Source: Eledone cirrhosa
Taxonomy: Eukaryota
Length of the DNA: 64,000 bases
Assembly (NCBI GenBank): GCA_964016885.1
Contig: OZ024742.1
Coordinates: forward strand, 291,152,001 to 291,216,000
Direction: 5' to 3'
The notes beneath the pieces are model-generated. The model was given only the letters and a program-made list of their open reading frames with translations, did no database searches and was not told the origin of the DNA. Position numbers and translations under genes: made by a program. Shown here piece by piece: positions 24,780 through 37,942 of the stretch; position 1 is the first letter of the stretch; each line of letters starts with the position of its first letter.

Positions 24780-27700
24780 CATCATCATCATCTTCGTTTA
24801 ACGTCCATCTTCCACGCTAGCATAGGTTAGATGGGAGTTGTCCCACGCGAGGCAAGGTTGGTCGGGTGACCGTGTCTCGCTCATATAGGACTATAGAGCA
24901 GGTTTTCTATGGCTGGATGTCCTTCCTAACACCAACCACATTTACAGTGTGGAATTGGGAACTTTTTACCATGTTACCTACCCAGCCACATTACAGTGTG
25001 ACTGTGTGTTTTTTTCTCGTGACACCTACACGATCTCGATCTCATTATCTCATTTATTTGGACTGGATGTTGTGGTACCAACTTTACAGAGAGAAGGTGG
25101 TGTTGGTGGGAGTGGGAGTATAGGGTAGGGGTAGTGGATTGGGGTGTATATTTGGTTAAGAGGTGCCTACTGACTGTAGGTTTCGCTTTGTACATAGGCA
25201 AGGCGGGTCTTCTGTATTACTGCGTAACGCCAAAGATCTCAGTCCAGTCACATTGTCTTGGAGAGGTGCAAGTATGTAAGGTCGGAATTTATCAGATCGT
25301 CCCAGGTTTTTCTGGGTCTACCTACTCCATAACTTCTATCAATTTTGATCGCCCTGCACTTTTTTTATACAGCTGTCATCTTTCATGCGCATCACATGGC
25401 CATACCAACATAGTCTTCTTTCAAGTAAACAGCATCTGATCCCTCTTATTCCTAATTTCTCACTTAGTTCATTTCTCAGCGGCTTATAGTAAGTTCTCTA
25501 ACAAATCAGTATAGCAAAGCTACCACCTCAGTTACTACTCCTTAAGTTTAGACCTGTTTGATGGGTTGATTGCGGAATTTGGAAAGTCTAAGCACTCAAT
25601 GACAATGTCACAGATAAAGATAAATTCACCTCCCGCTGCTGGACGAGAATACAAGGACCCCTCTTTATTTCAGACACGGATGACCAACATAATCCATCTC
25701 CTACACCCCTCCCTGTCCCTCCAACCCATCCATCCCACCCTCACAACTTCAGAGTTGGTACCATGAACGTAGGCACATTGAAAGGTCGTTCAAATGAGGT
25801 TGTAGAGATGCTTGAACGTAAAGAAGTTGATGTTTGTTGTATTCAAGAGACTAGGTGGAGAGGGGGGGGGGCGGGCTCTGCCAGATACATCGTGGGTAAA
25901 AAACGATGCTATAAACTTTTCTGGGTGGGAAATGACAACGGACAGGGTGGTGTAGGAATGATGTTAGCTGAAAAATGGGTAGATAAGGTAATTGACATAA
26001 ATAGAGGGAATGACAGAATAAATAAAATAGGACTAGATCTAAATAGAACTACTGTGACAATAATATCTGCTTATGCACCCCAATCTGGTCTACCTGATGT
26101 TATAAAGGACAGGTTCTATGAGATGCTAATGCACACTACCTCCCAAATAACCGACAGTGACTACATAATTATTGCTGGCGATCTAAACAGTCACGTTGGA
26201 CAACATAGTGATGGCTATGATGGAATCCATGGAGGCTATGGGGTTGGAAATAGAAATGAGGAGGGCTTCAGAATCCTGGAATTCTGTGAAGCAAATGGCC
26301 TAACTATCTGTAACACAAACTTCAAAAAATGGGAAAACCACTTGATCACCTATAGATCAGGGGAACACGCCAGCCAGATAGATTATATCCTTACTAGAAG
26401 ACGGGACAAAGTGTCTGTTGTAAACACTAAATCCCTCCCCCGTGAAGAGTGCACCTCCCAACATAGCCTAGTAGTTAGTGACCTCATAGTCAGGAATAGA
26501 TGTACTCGACGACAGAGGAGGCCTACCTTGAGGAGAAGAATATGGAAGTTGAAGGACCCCATAGCCAGTGACAAATTTAAAAGCTTATTACTTGATGCCT
26601 TTAATAATAAGGAAGAGCAATTAGAGACGTTTGATATAGAGGAACAGTGGCAATTCTTGAAAGAGAACCTGCTGAAAGCAACAGATGAAATCTGTGGCTG
26701 GAGCAGACTTATTGGCAGGAGGAGAGTAACTTGGTGGTGGAACAGTAAGGTGGAAGAGACAGTCAAGGCCAAAAAGCAGGCTTGGAAAGTATGGCAGGAT
26801 GGGGGAAGTAGAGAGCACTATCAAGTGGCCAAGAGAGAAGCTAGGAGACAAGTGTACCTTGCAAAAAGGGAAGCAGAGGATAGAAAGTTCAAGCATGTTC
26901 TACAATGTGAGGACCAAAAACATAAGGTGTTCAGGATTGCTAGACAATGTGTCAAGGAAAACCGTGATATTGTCGGGGAGAAGTGTGTCTGTAATGATAA
27001 CGGTGTGCTTGCCCTCACTGATACTGATAAGAAGATAGCCTGGAAGTGTCACTACGAGAGACTATTAAATGAGGAGAATAAATAGGAAAAAGATAGTCTG
27101 CCCCAAATCAATCCAATAGAAGGACCAACGGTGCATGTTAAAGGTAGTATAATAGGTAAGAAAATCAAAGATATGAAGACAGGCAAGGCAGCTGGGCCTT
27201 CCGAGATAGTTGCTGAGATGTTGAAGGCATCTGGTACGGTGGGACACACTATGGTCTCCTGGATAGTAAACCAAGTCATACAGAACGGGGTCATACCAAA
27301 TGACTGGCATAGCAGCATCATCATTAACTGCTACAATGGTAAAGGGGATGCTCTAGATAGGGGAAACTATAGAGGCATTAAGTTAGTTGACCAGGTCATG
27401 AAGATCACAGAAAGAGTTATAGCGAAACTAATCAGAGAACGAATTGATCTAGATGAAATGCAGTTTGGGTTTGTGTTAGGTAAAAGTACCACAGACGCTC
27501 TTTTCCTCGTACGACAACTACAGGAGAAGTACCTAGCTAAAAGTAAACCCCTCTACTTAGCTTTTGTAGACCTGGAGAAAGCCTTTGACAGGGTCCTCCA
27601 CTCCATTATCTGGTGGGCTCTTAGAAAACTAGGTGTAGATGAATGGCTTGTGAGAGCTTTACAAGCCATGTATAATGAAACAGTTAGTAAGGTTAGAATT

Positions 27701-28494
27701 AACAATAAATATTGTGAAGAATTTAGTGTAAAAGTTGGTGTTCATCAACGCTCTGTCCTTAGCCGCCTCCTATTTATTATTGCCCATCAGGCTATAACAG
27801 AGGAGTTCAAGACCGGCTGCCCATGGGAACTCCTATACGCATATGATCTAACGCTCATAGCTGAATCAATGGTGAACTAGAGAAGAAATTCCAAACATGG
27901 AAGCATGGCCTAGAATCAAAAGGCTTAAAGTTAACTTGTCTAAGACTAAAGTTCTAGTATATAGAAATGAAAATTGGAAATGGCCATGCTCAGTGTGTAG
28001 GAAAGGAGTAGGCAGAAATTCCATTTTATGTCACAAATGCAAAGTATGGGTACATAAAAGATGTAGTGGGATCTCAGGCAAGCTATCTAAGAACGTAGAC
28101 TTTATATGTGGCCGATGCTCAGGTGCAATAAGTAGCAAGTGTCCACAGGATACTAGCTCCTTCTATTGCCCAGATGGTTCTATAGAAATAGTGGACACTT
28201 TCCGTTACCTGGGTGACTAAATCAGCAGTTGTAAAGGGTGTTCTGAAAGTACAGTAGCCAGAGTCAGAACGGGATGGAAAAGGTTTAGAGAGCTTATACT
28301 GCTGTTGGCCACAAAAGGTTTCTCTCTAAAAATGAAAGGCAGATTGTATGATGCCTGTATACGAACAGCAATGCTATATGGCAGTGAGACATGGGCATTA
28401 CGTGCAGAGGATATACGCAGACTGGAGAGGAACAAAGCTTGCATGCTCCGTTGGATGTGTAATAGTAATATACGTGAACGGCAAAGCATAAATG
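24780..28494. mobile_element. Near full-length RTE-clade LINE with inverted 5' portion (APE+RT on + at ~25475-28494; 3' end on - at 24780-25474); pseudogenised
   Basis: APE motifs (NVGTL, CIQETRW, SAYAPQ, GDLNSHVG, QIDYIL, SQH) and RT motifs (QFGF, AFVDLEKAFDRV, LLYAYDL = decayed YADD), with in-frame stops and a frameshift. Confidence 0.92.
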
Positions 28495-29477
<983 letters not shown>

Positions 29478-30745
29478 GGACTTAAAATTAACCTGGCTAA
29501 GACCAAAGTACTAGTTTCTAGGAAAGAAAACAAGGCGGCGGTCCCTTCTGGGAAATGGTCGTGCTCGGTGTGTAGGAAAGGCGTAGGTAGAAACTCCATT
29601 TTATGTCCTAAATGCAAAGTATGGGTGCATAAAAGATGTAGTGGGATCACAGGTAAGCTAACTAAGAACATAGATTTTACATGTGGCCGGTGCTCTGGTG
29701 CAATAAGTAGCAGCAAGTGCCCACAAAATACTAGCTCTTTCAATTGCGCAGAGGGTTCTATAGAAATAGTGGACAGCTTCCGTTACCTGGGCGATAAAAT
29801 CAGCAGTGGGGGAGGGTGCTCTGAAAGTACTGTAGCTAGAGTCAGAACTGGTTGGAAAAAGTTCAGAGAGCTTATACCACTATTAGCTGCTAAAGGGTTC
29901 TCCCTAAAAATGAAAGGCAGGTTGTACGATGCCTGCATACGAACAGCAATGCTGCATGGCAGTGAGACCTGGGCATTGTGTGCAGAGGATATACGCAGAC
30001 TAGAGAGGAACGAAGCTTGCATGCTCCGCTGGATGTGTAACAGTAATATACGTGAACGGCAAAGCATAAACGAACTAAGGAAAAAATTAGAGATAAGAGG
30101 GAACAGATGTTGTTTATTTGAGAGAAGGCTACGTTGGTATGGACACGTGATGCGCATGAAAGTCGATAGCTGTATAACAAAGTGCAGGGCAATAAAGATA
30201 GACGGTAGTCACGGAATAGGCAGACCTAGAAAAACCTGGGACGAGCTGATAAACTCCGACATCACACACTTACACCTCTCCAAGACAATGTCACTGGACC
30301 GAGACCTTTGGCGGTACTCAGTAACAGAGAAGACCCGCCTTACCTAAATATATAGTAAAACCTACTCCAGCCAGTAGGCATCTCTAACAAAATACACCCC
30401 GTCCCACCACCACCACCCCCACCCGATCCACACCACCCCGTTCTATGTAAAGTTATGTTGGTGCCGCGCCATCGAGGCCGAAACAAATGAGATCGTGTAG
30501 GTGTCACGACAAAAAAACACACAGTCCACGCTGTAATGTGGCCGTGTAGGCAACACGGTAAAAACCTCCCAGACCCACACTGTAAATGTGGTTGGTGTTA
30601 GGAAGGGCATCCAACTGTAGAAAACCTGCCAGACAGTCCTATGCGAGCAAGACAATCACTCTTGCCTCAAGTGGGACTACCCCCGTCCAAACCCATGCAA
30701 GCGTGGAACACGGACGTTAAACGTTGATGATGATGATGATGATGA
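29478..30745 (+). mobile_element. 5'-truncated RTE-clade LINE
   Basis: ORF 29421-30347 GLKINLAKTKVL..FRYLG..RRLRWYGH; 3'UTR; (GAT)n tail. Confidence 0.9.
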
Positions 30746-30759
30746 TAATATTAAAAAAG

Positions 30760-31218
30760 AAAAAAACAGTAGAAAATGCTAAAGGGATTTTCTCTCAGAA
30801 TAACAGCAACATATGTATTTACAAAATAGGAATTTCCGCATTATTTGTACTAGTTTCAGCTTGTAGGCTTCTTCATATGACAGAAGTGTATAATGCAATT
30901 AAGTTGCATATTAATAAGAACAATAAGTATATGGGAAATAAATGTGTTTTTACATACATATATAAAGAGACATGTTCACATTTTTGTCTGTAGTTTTCTT
31001 TCTTTCTCTCTCTTTATATGTGTGTAAAAAATATTTTTTTCCTATATTCTTATAGTTCTAATTAATATGCAATTTAATTGCATTATACACTTCCACCATT
31101 TGAAGAAGCCTACATGCTGAAACCAGTACAAATAATGCAGAAATTTCTATTTTGTAAATAAATGTTTTGTTGTTATTCTGAGAGAAAATCCCTTTTGCAT
31201 TTTCTACTGTTATTTTCT
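30760..31218. repeat. Diverged ~155 bp inverted repeat with a degenerate hammerhead-like core
   Basis: ~30760-30912 versus ~31063-31218; tTGAAGA-AGC-CTACAT-GCT-GAAAC at ~31100. Confidence 0.6.
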
Positions 31219-31221
31219 TCT

Positions 31222-31405
31222 TGGATTGGCAGTATCGGTAGAGGGTCGGACACCATGCTTTGTAGCACAGTTATGTCCCTTTACGGACTGAGTTCAAATC
31301 CCGCCGAGGTTAACCTTGCCTTTCATCCTTACGGGGTTGATAAAATAAAGTACCAGTAATACACTGGAATAATTGCTGGCCTTGTGCCAAAAGTAGAAAC
31401 AATTA
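31222..31405 (+). mobile_element. tRNA-derived SINE, family B
   Basis: Same family as 478-660. Confidence 0.78.
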
Positions 31406-31425
31406 TATATATCATCTTGTGTGTC

Positions 31426-31513
<88 letters not shown>

Positions 31514-31520
<7 letters not shown>

Positions 31521-34500
31521 TATAGACATAGAATATTCGAAAATATTCTGTATGTTTATAATAAACATTTTGAAGACCTAATCGCTATAGAATAGAATAC
31601 GTCACGTATTACAATTAGATTCTCGATAAAAGCAAGGGAAGTAATCTACGCGTTTCATTCTTGTTAGAAATCTTCAGGACTACATATCCAGTGCTTTTAT
31701 CGAGAATGACACAGCTAGAGACTTATAGAATACTTAGCTGTGTACAGGAACTGGTTTGAAAGAGCGGTTGCTGGTCCGGCAGAAATTAGAAATTGGAATA
31801 AATGCTCTGAAATAGCGATATATATGTGAATATAGACATAGAATATTCGAAAATATTCTGTATGTTTATAATAAACATTTTGAAGACCTAATCGCTATAG
31901 AATAGAATACGTCACGTATTACAATTAGATTCTCGATAAAAGCAAGGGAAGTAATCTACGCGTTTCATTCTTGTTAGAAATCTTCAGGACTACATATCCA
32001 GTGCTTTTATCGAGAATGACACAGCTAGAGACTTATAGAATACTTAGCTGTGTACAGGAACTGGTTTGAAAGAGCGGTTGCCGGTCCGGCAGAAATTAGA
32101 AATTGGAATAAATGCTCTGAAATAGCGATATATATGTGAATATAGACATAGAATATTCGAAAATATTCTGTATGTTTATAATAAACATTTTGAAGACCTA
32201 ATCGCTATAGAATAGAATACGTCACGTATTACAATTAGATTCTCGATAAAAGCAAGGGAAGTAATCTACGCGTTTCATTCTTGTTAGAAATCTTCAGGAC
32301 TACATATCCAGTGCTTTTATCGAGAATGACACAGCTAGAGACTTATAGAATACTTAGCTGTGTACAGGAACTGGTTTGAAAGAGCGGTTGCCGGTCCGGC
32401 AGAAATTAGAAATTGGAATAAATGCTCTGAAATAGCGATATATATGTGAATATAGACATAGAATATTCGAAAATATTCTGTATGTTTATAATAAACATTT
32501 TGAAGACCTAATCGCTATAGAATAGAAAACGTCACGTATTACAATTAGATTCTCGATAAAAGCAAGGGAAGTAATCTACGCGTTTCATTCTTGTTAGAAA
32601 TCTTCAGGACTACATATCCAGTGCTTTTATCGAGAATGACACAGCTAGAGACTTATAGAATACTTAGCTGTGTACAGGAACTGGTTTGAAAGAGCGGTTG
32701 CCGGTCCGGCAGAAATTAGAAATTGGAATAAATGCTCTGAAATAGCGATATATATGTGAATATAGACATAGAATATTCGAAAATATTCTGTATGTTTATA
32801 ATAAACATTTTGAAGACCTAATCGCTATAGAATAGAATACGTCACGTATTACAATTAGATTCTCGATAAAAGCAAGGGAAGTAATCTACGCGTTTCATTC
32901 TTGTTAGAAATCTTCAGGACTACATATCCAGTGCTTTTATCGAGAATGACACAGCTAGAGACTTATAGAATACTTAGCTGTGTACAGGAACTGGTTTGAA
33001 AGAGCGGTTGCCGGTCCGGCAGAAATTAGAAATTGGAATAAATGCTCTGAAATAGCGATATATATGTGAATATAGACATAGAATATTCGAAAATATTCTG
33101 TATGTTTATAATAAACATTTTGAAGACCTAATCGCTATAGAATAGAATACGTCACGTATTACAATTAGATTCTCGATAAAAGCAAGGGAAGTAATCTACG
33201 CGTTTCATTCTTGTTAGAAATCTTCAGGACTACATATCCAGTGCTTTTATCGAGAATGACACAGCTAGAGACTTATAGAATACTTAGCTGTGTACATACA
33301 GAATATTTTCGAATATTCTATGTCTATATTCACATATATATCGCTATTTCAGAGCATTTATTCCAATTTCTAATTTCTGCCGGACCGGCAACCGCTCTTT
33401 CAAACCAGTTCCTGTACACAGCTAAGTATTCTATAAGTCTCTAGCTGTGTCATTCTCGATAAAAGCACTGGATATGTAGTCCTGAAGATTTCTAACAAGA
33501 ATGAAACGCGTAGATTACTTCCCTTGCTTTTATCGAGAATCTAATTGTAATACGTGACGTATTCTATTCTATAGCGATTAGGTCTTCAAAATGTTTATTA
33601 TAAACATACAGAATATTTTCGAATATTCTATGTCTATATTCACATATATATCGCTATTTCAGAGCATTTATTCCAATTTCTAATTTCTGCCGGACCGGCA
33701 ACCGCTCTTTCAAACCAGTTCCTGTACACAGCTAAGTATTCTATAAGTCTCTAGCTGTGTCATTCTCGATAAAAGCACTGGATATGTAGTCCTGAAGATT
33801 TCTAACAAGAATGAAACGCGTAGATTACTTCCCTTGCTTTTATCGAGAATCTAATTGTAATACGTGACGTATTCTATTCTATAGCGATTAGGTCTTCAAA
33901 ATGTTTATTATAAACATACAGAATATTTTCGAATATTCTATGTCTATATTCACATATATATCGCTATTTCAGAGCATTTATTCCAATTTCTAATTTCTGC
34001 CGGACCGGCAACCGCTCTTTCAAACCAGTTCCTGTACACAGCTAAGTATTCTATAAGTCTCTAGCTGTGTCATTCTCGATAAAAGCACTGGATATGTAGT
34101 CCTGAAGATTTCTAACAAGAATGAAACGCGTAGATTACTTCCCTTGCTTTTATCGAGAATCTAATTGTAATACGTGACGTATTCTATTCTATAGCGATTA
34201 GGTCTTCAAAATGTTTATTATAAACATACAGAATATTTTCGAATATTCTATGTCTATATTCACATATATATCGCTATTTCAGAGCATTTATTCCAATTTC
34301 TAATTTCTGCCGGACCGGCAACCGCTCTTTCAAACCAGTTCCTGTACACAGCTAAGTATTCTATAAGTCTCTAGCTGTGTCATTCTCGATAAAAGCACTG
34401 GATATGTAGTCCTGAAGATTTCTAACAAGAATGAAACGCGTAGATTACTTCCCTTGCTTTTATCGAGAATCTAATTGTAATACGTGACGTATTCTATTCT

Positions 34501-37397
34501 ATAGCGATTAGGTCTTCAAAATGTTTATTATAAACATACAGAATATTTTCGAATATTCTATGTCTATATTCACATATATATCGCTATTTCAGAGCATTTA
34601 TTCCAATTTCTAATTTCTGCCGGACCGGCAACCGCTCTTTCAAACCAGTTCCTGTACACAGCTAAGTATTCTATAAGTCTCTAGCTGTGTCATTCTCGAT
34701 AAAAGCACTGGATATGTAGTCCTGAAGATTTCTAACAAGAATGAAACGCGTAGATTACTTCCCTTGCTTTTATCGAGAATCTAATTGTAATACGTGACGT
34801 ATTCTATTCTATAGCGATTAGGTCTTCAAAATGTTTATTATAAACATACAGAATATTTTCGAATATTCTATGTCTATATTCACATATATATCGCTATTTC
34901 AGAGCATTTATTCCAATTTCTAATTTCTGCCGGACCGGCAACCGCTCTTTCAAACCAGTTCCTGTACACAGCTAAGTATTCTATAAGTCTCTAGCTGTGT
35001 CATTCTCGATAAAAGCACTGGATATGTAGTCCTGAAGATTTCTAACAAGAATGAAACGCGTAGATTACTTCCCTTGCTTTTATCGAGAATCTAATTGTAA
35101 TACGTGACGTATTCTATTCTATAGCGATTAGGTCTTCAAAATGTTTATTATAAACATACAGAATATTTTCGAATATTCTATGTCTATATTCACATATATA
35201 TCGCTATTTCAGAGCATTTATTCCAATTTCTAATTTCTGCCGGACCGGCAACCGCTCTTTCAAACCAGTTCCTGTACACAGCTAAGTATTCTATAAGTCT
35301 CTAGCTGTGTCATTCTCGATAAAAGCACTGGATATGTAGTCCTGAAGATTTCTAACAAGAATGAAACGCGTAGATTACTTCCCTTGCTTTTATCGAGAAT
35401 CTAATTGTAATACGTGACGTATTCTATTCTATAGCGATTAGGTCTTCAAAATGTTTATTATAAACATACAGAATATTTTCGAATATTCTATGTCTATATT
35501 CACATATATATCGCTATTTCAGAGCATTTATTCCAATTTCTAATTTCTGCCGGACCGGCAACCGCTCTTTCAAACCAGTTCCTGTACACAGCTAAGTATT
35601 CTATAAGTCTCTAGCTGTGTCATTCTCGATAAAAGCACTGGATATGTAGTCCTGAAGATTTCTAACAAGAATGAAACGCGTAGATTACTTCCCTTGCTTT
35701 TATCGAGAATCTAATTGTAATACGTGACGTATTCTATTCTATAGCGATTAGGTCTTCAAAATGTTTATTATAAACATACAGAATATTTTCGAATATTCTA
35801 TGTCTATATTCACATATATATCGCTATTTCAGAGCATTTATTCCAATTTCTAATTTCTGCCGGACCGGCAACCGCTCTTTCAAACCAGTTCCTGTACACA
35901 GCTAAGTATTCTATAAGTCTCTAGCTGTGTCATTCTCGATAAAAGCACTGGATATGTAGTCCTGAAGATTTCTAACAAGAATGAAACGCGTAGATTACTT
36001 CCCTTGCTTTTATCGAGAATCTAATTGTAATACGTGACGTATTCTATTCTATAGCGATTAGGTCTTCAAAATGTTTATTATAAACATACAGAATATTTTC
36101 GAATATTCTATGTCTATATTCACATATATATCGCTATTTCAGAGCATTTATTCCAATTTCTAATTTCTGCCGGACCGGCAACCGCTCTTTCAAACCAGTT
36201 CCTGTACACAGCTAAGTATTCTATAAGTCTCTAGCTGTGTCATTCTCGATAAAAGCACTGGATATGTAGTCCTGAAGATTTCTAACAAGAATGAAACGCG
36301 TAGATTACTTCCCTTGCTTTTATCGAGAATCTAATTGTAATACGTGACGTATTCTATTCTATAGCGATTAGGTCTTCAAAATGTTTATTATAAACATACA
36401 GAATATTTTCGAATATTCTATGTCTATATTCACATATATATCGCTATTTCAGAGCATTTATTCCAATTTCTAATTTCTGCCGGACCGGCAACCGCTCTTT
36501 CAAACCAGTTCCTGTACACAGCTAAGTATTCTATAAGTCTCTAGCTGTGTCATTCTCGATAAAAGCACTGGATATGTAGTCCTGAAGATTTCTAACAAGA
36601 ATGAAACGCGTAGATTACTTCCCTTGCTTTTATCGAGAATCTAATTGTAATACGTGACGTATTCTATTCTATAGCGATTAGGTCTTCAAAATGTTTATTA
36701 TAAACATACAGAATATTTTCGAATATTCTATGTCTATATTCACATATATATCGCTATTTCAGAGCATTTATTCCAATTTCTAATTTCTGCCGGACCGGCA
36801 ACCGCTCTTTCAAACCAGTTCCTGTACACAGCTAAGTATTCTATAAGTCTCTAGCTGTGTCATTCTCGATAAAAGCACTGGATATGTAGTCCTGAAGATT
36901 TCTAACAAGAATGAAACGCGTAGATTACTTCCCTTGCTTTTATCGAGAATCTAATTGTAATACGTGACGTATTCTATTCTATAGCGATTAGGTCTTCAAA
37001 ATGTTTATTATAAACATACAGAATATTTTCGAATATTCTATGTCTATATTCACATATATATCGCTATTTCAGAGCATTTATTCCAATTTCTAATTTCTGC
37101 CGGACCGGCAACCGCTCTTTCAAACCAGTTCCTGTACACAGCTAAGTATTCTATAAGTCTCTAGCTGTGTCATTCTCGATAAAAGCACTGGATATGTAGT
37201 CCTGAAGATTTCTAACAAGAATGAAACGCGTAGATTACTTCCCTTGCTTTTATCGAGAATCTAATTGTAATACGTGACGTATTCTATTCTATAGCGATTA
37301 GGTCTTCAAAATGTTTATTATAAACATACAGAATATTTTCGAATATTCTATGTCTATATTCACATATATATCGCTATTTCAGAGCATTTATTCCAAT
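31514..37397. repeat. 310-bp tandem array (~19 units) with an internal inversion at ~33295; retrozyme-like
   Basis: Exact 310-nt period (e.g. GAATATTTTC at 33301, 33611 ... 37331); ~5.7 units in one orientation, then ~13.2 in the other; only a couple of variant bases seen. Confidence 0.97.
33452..33540 (+). ncRNA. Type I hammerhead ribozyme in the 310-bp unit (first sense copy; repeats every 310 nt to ~37260; 6 more on the - strand at ~31620-33258)
   Basis: GTAGTC-CTGAAGA-T-TTCT-AACA-AGAA-T-GAAA-CGCG-TA^GATTAC; stem I extended by a perfect 16-bp pair ATTCTCGATAAAAGCA/TGCTTTTATCGAGAAT; palindromic stem III ACGCGT. Confidence 0.8.
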
Positions 37398-37443
37398 ATA
37401 TATATATATTTGTATATGTAATTTTGATTTACATTTTCTGCAG

Positions 37444-37527
37444 GTGGAATTTGAAAGTATAACTGGGGATCTTTACCGAAGTGATATGGCAATTGATGAT
37501 GTTGTGGTGCAAGACAGAAATTGTTGA
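37444..37527 (+). CDS. Astacin-MAM protease terminal exon ([27 protein letters not shown])
   Basis: MAM C-terminal motif V.FE...G....D.AIDDV...C; TTTTCTGCAG acceptor; phase 0 matches the exon ending at 20019. Confidence 0.9.
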   Translation: MEFESITGDLYRSDMAIDDVVVQDRNC

Positions 37528-37557
37528 TGACATCCTCTTATTATTAATATTATATAT

Positions 37558-37691
<134 letters not shown>

Positions 37692-37774
37692 CTCTCTATA
37701 TATATATATATAAACATATATATATATATATACATATATATATATGTGTGTGTGTGTATATATATATATATGTA

Positions 37775-37817
<43 letters not shown>

Positions 37818-37936
37818 TCACATAGACACATATATATGCATATATATATATATATAAAGATACATGTATTGGTACATATGTATTATGTATGTATATTTAA
37901 GGAAGTTATATTCCTTACACTAATTCACTGTCTTAT

Positions 37937-37942
37937 AATAAA
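37937..37942 (+). promoter_or_regulatory. Candidate polyadenylation signal AATAAA
   Basis: In the 3'UTR and conserved in the duplicate at 45248-45253; low specificity in AT-rich DNA. Confidence 0.4.

Noticed and set aside
31514-37397. CRISPR-like array, or plain satellite with a small ORF (33211-33444)
   Set aside because: Units are identical end to end with no unique spacers, the context is eukaryotic and there are no cas genes; the ORF only spans the inversion junction
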